Below are positions 1-8,040 of a stretch of 64,000 nucleotides of DNA, piece after piece (position 1 is the stretch's first letter; each line of letters begins with the position of its first letter). The stretch is taken from assembly GCA_016217925.1 (NCBI GenBank), contig JACRFK010000010.1, forward strand, positions 4,784 through 68,783. The letters are read 5' to 3'. The notes beneath the pieces are model-generated. The model was not told the origin of the DNA, did not search any database, and saw only the letters and a program-made list of their open reading frames with translations. The stretch comes from Candidatus Kaiserbacteria bacterium (GTDB lineage: Bacteria; Patescibacteriota; Minisyncoccia; Phycocordibacterales; UBA2100). The position numbers and the translations under genes are program-made.

Positions 1-837
1 AACCGCGTAATCGGGCCCAAGTCCGAAGAGCGCACCCGATTCGACCTGCGAGCGGCTGAATACGGAGAAGGGTATTTTCTCCCGGATCGCCCGCTGGATG
101 TAAGTATCGATACTGCCCCAAACGAGCGAATCGCCGCCAACGATCATGCCGTCAAAGTCTTTCCCAAGTATTTGTGCTGCTGTTATCGTGTTGTCGTCTT
201 TCGTTTTTACAGGGAAAAATGTCAGCTCAATACCAAGCTCTCTTGCTGTTGCCTGCGCGATCTCGACGGATTTATTCGCGGCCAGGTCACCAGCGTCAAG
301 CGCCGTATGCGGCATCGCGACGCGCTTTATCTTCGGGTCGAATTCTTTCAGTAGTTGTAATCTCTGTGCCGTGAGATCGGTAGAAAGGCTTGCAACGCCG
401 GTCACCGTACCGCCGGGACGGCTGATAGATCGCACACCGGGGATCAAGAGCGGGTCGCCAACGGACCCGAATACTATTGGAATAAGACGGGGAGAATTCT
501 TCACCGCGTTCGCCGCGGCCTCGGTCGCCGGTGTCGAGTAGGTGTGGATGAGGTCCACGCCGTCCTTTACGAATTTGGTTGCCGCGGACACCAACTGATT
601 TTTATCAGAAATGAGCTGAACGTCATACGTAATGTTCTTGCCTTCGTGATACCCGAGCTCGTCCATTCTTTTTTTGAAACCCTCTACTGCCGGATCGTAT
701 CCGGAGCCACGTACCAATATTCCGACCCGGTACATCTTTCCGGGGTCCGCGCCCTTGTTCGTTGAAAACAAATAGATGGTTCCGGCAAGCGCGACTATGC
801 AGACTACGACGATCCCGAGCAACCAATGCCTATTCAT
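1..837 (-). CDS. ABC transporter substrate-binding protein (ABC_sub_bind type), 3'-truncated by window edge
   Basis: Hand-translated from ATG at 837: MNRHWLLGIVVVCIVALAG (N-terminal TM)...ELGYHEGKNITYD...IPIVFGSVGDP...PGGTVTGV...QRLQLLKE; runs off the window start so it is not in the ORF track. Confidence 0.85.
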   Translation of the reverse strand, partial: MNRHWLLGIVVVCIVALAGTIYLFSTNKGADPGKMYRVGILVRGSGYDPAVEGFKKRMDELGYHEGKNITYDVQLISDKNQLVSAATKFVKDGVDLIHTYSTPATEAAANAVKNSPRLIPIVFGSVGDPLLIPGVRSISRPGGTVTGVASLSTDLTAQRLQLLKEFDPKIKRVAMPHTALDAGDLAANKSVEIAQATARELGIELTFFPVKTKDDNTITAAQILGKDFDGMIVGGDSLVWGSIDTYIQRAIREKIPFSVFSRSQVESGALFGLGPDYAV

Positions 838-950
838 AGGAAGGGAATATTGGAACACTGAATCGGATAATGCATTCATTGTAACGGGCGCATGACGATC
901 GACTAAGAGGCCTTGGGGGACAACGCGCACCCCCCGAAACGCTGAAGGTC

Positions 951-984
951 AACAAAAAGCCGCCCCTTGAGGGCGGCTTTTTGT
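951..984. terminator. Bidirectional intrinsic terminator downstream of speD
   Basis: AACAAAAAGCCGCCC-cttga-GGGCGGCTTTTTGTT near-perfect hairpin with A/T tracts on both sides. Confidence 0.8.
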
Positions 985-1065
985 TTTGAGACTTTTTGTT
1001 GCTACTTGCGGCACGTGTAGCCCCGACGCTTCGGTCGGGGAGCCGACCTTGCGTCGGCTTGCAGT

Positions 1066-1467
1066 TTACTTCCTGCAAGTGTAATGAAGGTCGTAGTCCT
1101 TGCCTCCGAAGAATTTCTTCGCGAACTTCGCGACGACTTCCGGATTGTAGTACTTGCACGAGAATACGTCCAAGTACACGGCGTTCGTCTGATTCGCGAA
1201 GTGTGCCGAGATAAGCGATGTCTCGATGAGCTGCGTCATCGAATACCCCGCTACTCGTTCGTCTTCGCCGAAATTGACGACGACGCACTCACCGAACCGT
1301 TTCATCTCGATGAGATCGCACAGTTCGACTACGAACCTCTTAATCTCGTCCGCAGAGCGGATGGTCGCGGGATTGCATCCGTGGATGTCAATTCCCGAGT
1401 GTAAACCCCAAGCGTCGACGAGCTGATACTGACTTCGTATCGCTGCATCGGTGGATGTTGTTTTCAT
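1066..1467 (-). CDS. speD: S-adenosylmethionine decarboxylase proenzyme family (pyruvoyl-dependent)
   Basis: 133 aa; GYSMTQLIETSLISAH cleavage-site region and YLDVFSCK motif. Confidence 0.85.
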   Translation of the reverse strand: MKTTSTDAAIRSQYQLVDAWGLHSGIDIHGCNPATIRSADEIKRFVVELCDLIEMKRFGECVVVNFGEDERVAGYSMTQLIETSLISAHFANQTNAVYLDVFSCKYYNPEVVAKFAKKFFGGKDYDLHYTCRK

Positions 1468-1724
1468 CTCTGATGTTACACAATTAATTATTCTGACAAT
1501 AGGGGCTCAAATAATTTCGAACCCTTATGTGCCCCGCGAGCGGAAATGAATTACCTTTTCATTTCATACACGCAGCACTCTCTCAAAGAACTGATACCGC
1601 TATAATACACACTCAGTTCCAAATGTATATAGTTTTTGACGAAAGTGTGTATAACTTCTTACAGAGTCCGAAGTCAGAAAATCTGAGCCGGACCCGCCGA
1701 GTTGCGGGTCCGGCCGATGTCAGG

Positions 1725-1895
1725 TCAGGGAGCCTGGTCGTCTCTCGGTTGCGCCCGCCCACGCTTCTTTCTTGACTGGGTTTTTGAACCCCCGCCCACC
1801 CCCAGTTTCTTGCGCTGGTGGTTGTTTAGGGATTCTGGCGGCCGCCGACCACCCCGGCCATCGAACTTCGCAGAGTTTCTATTTTCCTTTTTCAT
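1725..1895 (-). CDS. Small basic hypothetical protein (56 aa)
   Basis: ATG at 1895, Lys/Arg/Gly-rich; followed by hairpin GCCGGACCCGC-6nt-GCGGGTCCGGC at 1687-1714. Confidence 0.4.
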   Translation of the reverse strand: MKKENRNSAKFDGRGGRRPPESLNNHQRKKLGVGGGSKTQSRKKRGRAQPRDDQAP

Positions 1896-1994
1896 AGCCC
1901 TCACCGTTGTAGCTGTGTAGCCAAATGAAATACGCAACTCTGCACCGCACAGAAAGTAGCATATGAGCCCCGTTTTTGCTACTATCGCCCATAC

Positions 1995-2066
1995 GCGTCA
2001 GTAGTTCAGTGGTAGAACGCTGTCCTGATAAGACAGAGGTCGAAGGTCCGATTCCTTCCTGACGCA
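1995..2066 (+). tRNA. tRNA-Ile (GAT)
   Basis: Acceptor GCGTCAG/CTGACGC+A; anticodon arm CTGTC-CTGATAA-GACAG; T arm GAAGG-TCCGATT-CCTTC; CCA not encoded. Confidence 0.95.
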
Positions 2067-2067
2067 C

Positions 2068-2305
2068 CGAATGAAATGAGGTGAGGCAGAGCACGCCGCC
2101 TGCGCGGCGTGCGTGGAGGAATCGGACGCCGGAACGATGTCGCGCAAGCTTGCGCGACAGTGAGGCGGTGCCCAGCCCGAGCTGTGCGACGGCACAGCGA
2201 GAGGCGAGGGAGATTCCTTCCACTGCGTTATTTTTGAGCGGCTTTGCCGCGAGAAAATCGCGAAGGTATACTGCTCCTGTAAGGAGAGATTCCTTCCTGA
2301 CGCAC
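2068..2305. mobile_element. Non-coding hairpin-rich mini-island at tRNA-Ile 3' end
   Basis: 18-bp direct repeat GATTCCTTCCTGACGCAC at 2050-2067 (tRNA 3' end) and 2288-2305; partial copy at 2212-2221; several perfect hairpins between. Confidence 0.7.
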
Positions 2306-2692
2306 ATGAAGTCCATTTTTCGTTTCGCCGTTTGGAGCAATGTTTTCTATCTCGCACCGCTCATCGCGGCGGCCAATTTCGAGCTGTGGGGTATCGCGGC
2401 TCTCCTCGGCGCACTCGTTATTTTCAGCACCGCATTTCACTATTCACATGAAGTATCGTATGTGCTCGCGGACAAGCTTATCGCGCTCGCCGTCATCTTC
2501 GCAGACGTGGCGCTGCTCGCGCTTGGAGGCTTCAGCATCTTCTACACCGTGCTCGTCGGCGCGTTTCTAGCCCTCAGTCTCTACGTGCGGTATGTGCAGG
2601 AAAAAGGTAACCGCAAAGGTTTTTATCACGGCGTCTGGCACCTCTGCGCCTCCTTCGTGACACTGCTTTGCATACTCTCGTACGCGACCTAA
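2306..2692 (+). CDS. Hypothetical multi-pass membrane protein
   Basis: ATG at 2306 directly after the tRNA repeat; 4-5 hydrophobic segments with STAFH and HGVWH His motifs. Confidence 0.7.
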   Translation: MKSIFRFAVWSNVFYLAPLIAAANFELWGIAALLGALVIFSTAFHYSHEVSYVLADKLIALAVIFADVALLALGGFSIFYTVLVGAFLALSLYVRYVQEKGNRKGFYHGVWHLCASFVTLLCILSYAT

Positions 2693-2800
2693 GGGCATTC
2701 GTGGAAGTGCCGAAAAAACGTATAATGGGCCGATGAATCCCGCCCTTTCAAATTCAGGTTCTGATTGTTCACAAAGGATTATTAGCATAGAAAGAGCGGG

Positions 2801-4105
2801 ATGAATTACAAGGTCGTAGGCGGCAAGAAGCTCAGTGGAACGGTGCAGACCAACATTTCCAAAAATGCCGCAGTGGCGCTCTTGTGTGCGTCGCTTCTCA
2901 ATCGCGGCGAGACAGTACTCAAACGCATGCCGCGCATTGAGGAGGTGAAGCGACTCATTGAAGTGATGGAAAGTATCGGTGTGAAAATCGTGTGGGACCC
3001 GAGTGGGGATATGCGCATCACACCGCCCGAAAAAATCGACCTCTCGAAAATCAACGTCGAATCGGCACAGCGCACGCGCTCCATCGCGCTTTTTATCGCG
3101 CCGCTCGCGCACCTGCTCGGCACCTTTGACCTGCCCGCGCCGACGGGGTGCGACCTCGGCAAACGCACGCTTGGTGCGCATATCGACGCGCTCGCCAAGC
3201 TCGGCATCAACGTGACCGGCGACGAAGCGGCACACACATACCACGTGGAATCCAACGGCAAGAAGCCCGCCGAGATAGTCATGTACGAGGCGTCCGACAC
3301 TGGCGTCGAGAATGTACTTATGGCCGCCGCGCGCATCCCGGGCACGACCACCATCAAATTCGCAAGCGCCAACTACATGGTCCAAGACCTCTGTATCTTC
3401 CTGCGCCACTGCGGGGTTAAGGTCGAGGGCGTGGGTACCTCCACACTCGTCGTCCACGGCCTCTCCGACATCAACGCCGAGGTCCACGGGCATCCGAGCG
3501 AAGACCCGATTGAGTCCATGTTTTTCGTCTCGCTCGCCGCGACCACGGGCTCCACGCTTACCATCACACGCTGCCCGATAGACTTCCTGGAGCTTGAGCT
3601 CTATACGCTCTCGCAGATGGGCCTCAAGTATGAGCGCGGCGAATCTTATGCATCCGAGAACGGCCACACCGTCCTGCGGGATATTACCATCTTGCCGTCA
3701 CTCCTCACCGCGGCACCTGAAAAGATAGCGCCACGCCCGTATCCGGGTATCAATATAGATAATCTTCCGTTTTTCGTCCCCGTCGCCACACAAGCGAAGG
3801 GGAAGACGCTCATCCACGATTGGGTCTACGACGGCCGCGCGAAGCATTATATGGAAATGACCAAGCTCGGCGCCAAAATGGAACTACTCGATCCGCATCG
3901 CGTGGTCATCGAAGGGCCGACGCCGCTGCACGGTGCAGATATCGAGGCTCCACCCGCGCTCCGCCCCGCGACGCTCATTCTCATCGGCATGCTCGCGGCA
4001 GAAGGGGAATCAATGCTCCGCAACGTGTACCCGATAAATCGCGGCTACGCGAATCTCTCTGAAAGGCTCCAAAAACTCGGCGCCTCCGTCGAGGCGGTTG
4101 AATAG
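2801..4105 (+). CDS. murA: UDP-N-acetylglucosamine 1-carboxyvinyltransferase
   Basis: 434 aa; SKNAAVALL, GCDLGKR (active-site Cys), RGY near C-terminus. Confidence 0.95.
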   Translation: MNYKVVGGKKLSGTVQTNISKNAAVALLCASLLNRGETVLKRMPRIEEVKRLIEVMESIGVKIVWDPSGDMRITPPEKIDLSKINVESAQRTRSIALFIAPLAHLLGTFDLPAPTGCDLGKRTLGAHIDALAKLGINVTGDEAAHTYHVESNGKKPAEIVMYEASDTGVENVLMAAARIPGTTTIKFASANYMVQDLCIFLRHCGVKVEGVGTSTLVVHGLSDINAEVHGHPSEDPIESMFFVSLAATTGSTLTITRCPIDFLELELYTLSQMGLKYERGESYASENGHTVLRDITILPSLLTAAPEKIAPRPYPGINIDNLPFFVPVATQAKGKTLIHDWVYDGRAKHYMEMTKLGAKMELLDPHRVVIEGPTPLHGADIEAPPALRPATLILIGMLAAEGESMLRNVYPINRGYANLSERLQKLGASVEAVE

Positions 4106-4157
4106 TGTAAATAATGCTACACTTGTTGAGTGTACTTAGTGAGGTAACATTAAAAAT

Positions 4158-4472
4158 ATGGAACCAATTCAGGACAATGAGGGAGACATTATTCAGAGAG
4201 AGGTAGAAGGATTTCTCCGTGACTATATCGATCGAGATAGCGTTGTTGAGGGTGAAAAAATGACGGATGATGCACTCGTGGGCAGGAGTTTGGGTGTCGA
4301 AGTGGCACAAGATGATGGAAATCCTGAGAGATCCCATGTCCAAATAACTTTCAGCCGTGACTCTGGTGAGAAAAGTGGGATGCAGGTTGGAAGCGGAACC
4401 AGGCTTGAGGCTGTAGCATACGCGAATACGTTAAAGCGAGAATTGAGAAAAAGAGGGAAGCTGGCTGAATAA
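4158..4472 (+). CDS. Hypothetical protein (104 aa)
   Basis: Clean intergenic ORF between murA and purT with GAGG upstream. Confidence 0.6.
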   Translation: MEPIQDNEGDIIQREVEGFLRDYIDRDSVVEGEKMTDDALVGRSLGVEVAQDDGNPERSHVQITFSRDSGEKSGMQVGSGTRLEAVAYANTLKRELRKRGKLAE

Positions 4473-4478
4473 AACAAT

Positions 4479-5696
4479 TTACGCATTGACGACGCGGACT
4501 TTTTTCGCCGCTTGAGCTGCTTTTTTGCGGGCCTCGGCGACGGTTTTGCCCGTTGCGAGCGCGACGGCCATGCGGCGGTGACCTATAACTTCGGGTTTGC
4601 CGAAAATGCGGATGTGGGTGCCTTTGATTTTGAGCGCTTCGGCGACGCCTTCGTACTGCGGATTTTTCATATTACCGTGCGCAATTATTGCGACAGACGC
4701 TCCAGGTCGAAATTCGATACAGGCCTGCCCTTCGAAGCCTTGGCGAAGGAGGGGGATGGGGAGGTCGAGAATGGCGCGCACGTGGAGCTCCATCTCGCTC
4801 ATGGTCTGCGAAACCATCGTCACCATGCCGGTGTCGTGCGGGCGCGGGGAGAGTTCGGAGAACCACACGTTGTCGTCTTTTACGAAAAGCTCGACGCCGA
4901 AAATACCGCGGCCGTTCTTTCCACAGAGATTGCCGACAACTTTCCTTGCGATGTCCTGAGCTTTCTTGAGTGCCGTTTTCGTCATCGGCTGCGGTTGCCA
5001 CGATTCGCGGTAGTCGCCGTCTGTTTGGATGTGTCCGACCGGCGCGCAGTATGAGATGCCGCCTTTGTGCCGCACGGTCAGCAACGTAATTTCGTAATTA
5101 AAATCAATTTTGCCTTCCACTATCACTTTGTTCGTTTTGCCGCGTGCGCCCTCCATCGCGAACTTCCATGCCTTCGCCAAATCTTGCGGTTTTTTAGCCA
5201 TGGATTGGCCGTGTCCCGAAGATGACATCGTCGGCTTGATGAAGCAGGGGAATCCGACTGCCGCGGCTCCCGCTTTGAGTTCTTCGAGGCTTCCGGCAAA
5301 ACGGTACGGCGAGGTCGGCAGTTTCAAAGTCTCTGCGGCGAGCTGGCGGATGCCCTGCCTATCCATAGTGAGTCGTACCGCGCGGGCGGTGGGAATAACC
5401 CTCCAACCCTCTTTCTCGAGCTTCACGAGCTCGTCCGTCGCGATTGCCTCAATTTCGGGGACGATAAAATCAGGCTTCTCTTTCTGCACTACTTTTCTAA
5501 TAAGCTTGCCGTCGCGCATATTGAATACGTAGCTCCGATGGGCCACTTGCATCGCGGGGGCGTTTTCGTACCTGTCGCACGCGACGACCTCACAGCCGAG
5601 CCTTATCGCTTCTATTACGACCTCTTTGCCGAGCTCGCCCGAGCCGAGCAACATGAGTTTGACGGAGGAGGGGGTAAAGGGGGTACCGAATTTCAT
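4479..5696 (-). CDS. purT: Formate-dependent phosphoribosylglycinamide formyltransferase
   Basis: LLGSGELGKEV, NAPAMQVAH, KPTMSSSGHGQS, ELSPRPHDTGMVT, RIFGKP..RRMAVALA. Confidence 0.95.
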   Translation of the reverse strand: MKFGTPFTPSSVKLMLLGSGELGKEVVIEAIRLGCEVVACDRYENAPAMQVAHRSYVFNMRDGKLIRKVVQKEKPDFIVPEIEAIATDELVKLEKEGWRVIPTARAVRLTMDRQGIRQLAAETLKLPTSPYRFAGSLEELKAGAAAVGFPCFIKPTMSSSGHGQSMAKKPQDLAKAWKFAMEGARGKTNKVIVEGKIDFNYEITLLTVRHKGGISYCAPVGHIQTDGDYRESWQPQPMTKTALKKAQDIARKVVGNLCGKNGRGIFGVELFVKDDNVWFSELSPRPHDTGMVTMVSQTMSEMELHVRAILDLPIPLLRQGFEGQACIEFRPGASVAIIAHGNMKNPQYEGVAEALKIKGTHIRIFGKPEVIGHRRMAVALATGKTVAEARKKAAQAAKKVRVVNA

Positions 5697-5723
5697 GCGC
5701 TCATCATATATACTGAGAGGCCT

Positions 5724-6434
5724 ATGGGCAAACCCAGGATTATCGTGTTCGCTTCCGGCAAAAGGAGCGGCGGCGGCTCCGGATTCGAGAACCTGGCACG
5801 CTCAAAAGAGCTCGATGCCGATATCGTTGCGGTTGTTTCCAACCACGAGCGCGGCGGTGTCCACGAACGTGCGGCGCAGCTCGGTATACCGTTCATCTAT
5901 TTTCCGGGACCGTACGACGTCGAACACTATCAAGAAGTTGTTCGTAAGTCGTTTGGAGCGGAGCATGCCCCGTTAGAGGGCGAAGCCTCTCTAATGGGGT
6001 GGAGCGCGCTCTCGGGTTGGTTACGAAAGGTCGAAGGGCTCGACCCGAAAAAGACCTTCAATATCCACCCCGCACTTTTGTCGCAACTGGACGGACGGTT
6101 CGCAGGACACGGCATGTACGGGCATCATATTCACGACGCGGTGAAGGCCGCACTTGATGCGGGAGAAATATCGGAGTCCGGATTTTCGATGCATTTCGTC
6201 ACGGAAGAAATGGACCGCGGTCCCGTCTTTTTCGAACACCGCGTACCGCTCAAACAGGGGATGACGGTGGAGGAAATTGCACACGTGGTAAACAAGGCGG
6301 AACACGAATGGCAGCCGAAGATAACCAACCTGGTCGTGCATCGACAGATACGCTGGGACGGCAAGAATCCCGCCTCCCTTACTGTTCCGGAAGCGTTTAC
6401 ATCCGTTCCCGTGGGCGGGAAAGAATCTATTTGA
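5724..6434 (+). CDS. purN: Phosphoribosylglycinamide formyltransferase (folate-dependent) family
   Basis: IIVFASG..GSGF, FNIHPALL (Asn/His), HFVTEEMDRGP (Asp); start moved to ATG 5724 after TATACT. Confidence 0.8.
   Translation: MGKPRIIVFASGKRSGGGSGFENLARSKELDADIVAVVSNHERGGVHERAAQLGIPFIYFPGPYDVEHYQEVVRKSFGAEHAPLEGEASLMGWSALSGWLRKVEGLDPKKTFNIHPALLSQLDGRFAGHGMYGHHIHDAVKAALDAGEISESGFSMHFVTEEMDRGPVFFEHRVPLKQGMTVEEIAHVVNKAEHEWQPKITNLVVHRQIRWDGKNPASLTVPEAFTSVPVGGKESI
5968..5999. mobile_element. Minimal CCCGTTAGA/TCTAA(C/T)GGG palindromic element inside purN
   Basis: CCCCGTTAGAGGGC-GAA-GCCTCTCTAATGGGG hairpin; same termini as copies at 31298, 54042, 55455; in frame (APLEGEASLMG). Confidence 0.65.
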
Positions 6435-6508
6435 CCTGACTGCTCGCTTCACTGTAGAGTAGCGAAACTCGGGTAGTCCGAGCTACGAGCTACAAGAGGG
6501 AGGGCGGC

Positions 6509-6793
6509 ATGCCCCAACATGTTCCTGGAAGTTCCCCGAAAGCATATATTCGCAACGTAAATTTCGTTGCACTGACGACCGTCACAAAATTCGATGTCCG
6601 CCTGAGGCAGGGTCATGTTCTTACGGAGAGAGGGCAAATAGCGGTTTTCCGTAGGAATGTGCTCGATAAGGCCGGGCTTACGGACGTGAAAATCGAAGCG
6701 CGCCTGAAGGTGCGGATTCGTAACAAGGAGGGCAACTTAACGGTCACAAAGATCATGGCCGTTGACGGGAAAGTCGTCCCGACCGGGAAGTAA
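6509..6793 (+). CDS. Hypothetical basic protein (94 aa)
   Basis: GGGAGG before ATG; followed by terminator-like hairpin. Confidence 0.6.
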   Translation: MPQHVPGSSPKAYIRNVNFVALTTVTKFDVRLRQGHVLTERGQIAVFRRNVLDKAGLTDVKIEARLKVRIRNKEGNLTVTKIMAVDGKVVPTGK

Positions 6794-6839
6794 AGCACCG
6801 CGCCTCTCTGAAAAATGCGTCGCAAATGCAGTCACTACT

Positions 6840-6866
6840 GAGGGGCCTCACAGCCCCTCTTCGTTT
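6840..6866 (+). terminator. Intrinsic terminator candidate
   Basis: GAGGGGC-ctcaca-GCCCCTC followed by TTCGTTT. Confidence 0.5.
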
Positions 6867-7004
6867 ATCGGACCTTTGTGGGTGCGGGGAGACCCGTTTG
6901 TGTAGATAAATTGGTATACGCCTACATGTATCAAAACAAAAGCGCTCCGCTCCTAAAGAGAAAGTATTTGAAAATAAAGCGATCTATGCGCATAATCAGC
7001 GAAC

Positions 7005-7088
7005 GCCGCGGTGGTGAAATTGGCAAACACGCTAGCTTCAGGAGCTAGTCCTCGCAAGAGGTTGGGAGTTCAAGTCTCCCCCGCGGCA
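7005..7088 (+). tRNA. tRNA-Leu (CAG)
   Basis: Acceptor GCCGCGG/CCGCGGC+A; anticodon arm CTAGC-TTCAGGA-GCTAG; long variable arm; T arm GGGAG-TTCAAGT-CTCCC. Confidence 0.95.
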
Positions 7089-7109
7089 CAGGCGTGCTAA
7101 TATCGAGTC

Positions 7110-7427
7110 ATGTACACCAGTCTGAAATACCTAAATTTGTCGATAGGCGCTGTTGCCGTTGTGCTTAGCGTAACTGTCCCCATTGTCGATCTTGTCCGAA
7201 AGGGCAGTCTTGTTTGCAGCGATGTCATGTCAATATCGATTCTCATAGGAGGCCTCGTTTTGTTATTGGCAACGTATCTTATAGACAGGAGCGGTCTTGA
7301 AAGGAAGTATCTATATTCTCTTGCAATCCTTGTGTTAAGTTATCTTATCGTAGTCATTACGCATAGTGTTGTCCTATTCCTCTTCGGGTTAACAGGACGG
7401 GTTGGGTGTTCACTGTTTGTTGGTTAA
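7110..7427 (+). CDS. Hypothetical membrane protein (3 TM)
   Basis: 105 aa, hydrophobic, AT-richer than flanks, directly after tRNA-Leu. Confidence 0.55.
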   Translation: MYTSLKYLNLSIGAVAVVLSVTVPIVDLVRKGSLVCSDVMSISILIGGLVLLLATYLIDRSGLERKYLYSLAILVLSYLIVVITHSVVLFLFGLTGRVGCSLFVG

Positions 7428-7457
7428 TTGTAAATGGGGCCGCGTTGTAGATACCCG

Positions 7458-7973
7458 CTACAACTTCGTGTAGTGAAGCAATAGGCTGCCCCTTTCATTC
7501 AAGCGCTTTACCGATTCGAGTTTGAACTGTTTGGTGATGATTTTTGTTGACGCGAAGAGGTCGAGGCCCTGACCGAAGACCAGCGGCTCTATCGTGAGGT
7601 AGAGCTCGTCGAGCAAACCGCGTTCGAGAAAGTACGTGTAGGTATCCATACCGCCCAGAATGCCGGCGAGCTTATACGGTTCAAGCAATGGCCGGACATC
7701 CACACTTTCCGGATTGCACAAGAGAAGTTTTTCATCTTTGCGCTCGGTAGTAGCGACCGAGGTGGTGAGCACGATTCGGTTATATTTCCCCAGTTCCTTA
7801 CTTGCGATTTCGTGCGTGTTGTGCCCCACGACGATGATATCGGTGCGCTGCAGGAATTCGCGGAGGAATTGCTTGTCCTCAGGACTCGACCAATCAGTGA
7901 AATGATGATGGTGGCGCGCGATTTTGCCGTCGAGCGTCATGACGGCGATTGCTATACAGCGGGGCGTTTGCAT
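7458..7973 (-). CDS. Dihydrofolate reductase / RibD C-terminal family protein
   Basis: AVMTLDGKIA, WSSPEDKQF, VVGHNT, GILGG, LLDELYLTIEPLVFGQG. Confidence 0.85.
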   Translation of the reverse strand: MQTPRCIAIAVMTLDGKIARHHHHFTDWSSPEDKQFLREFLQRTDIIVVGHNTHEIASKELGKYNRIVLTTSVATTERKDEKLLLCNPESVDVRPLLEPYKLAGILGGMDTYTYFLERGLLDELYLTIEPLVFGQGLDLFASTKIITKQFKLESVKRLNERGSLLLHYTKL

Positions 7974-8040
7974 GAGGCATTTTATCCCACTTCGCGCTTT
8001 CATTGTAGGAGGTCTAAAATCTGGTATTGTCTGATTCTCT

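Noticed and set aside
2567-3667. 366-aa minus-strand ORF, and similar long ORFs at 14890-15867, 15878-16885, 54436-55221, 60644-61456
   Set aside because: Antisense shadows of well-supported genes (murA, PiT, DUF47, gmd, secA) with no recognisable motifs; expected in GC-rich coding DNA.
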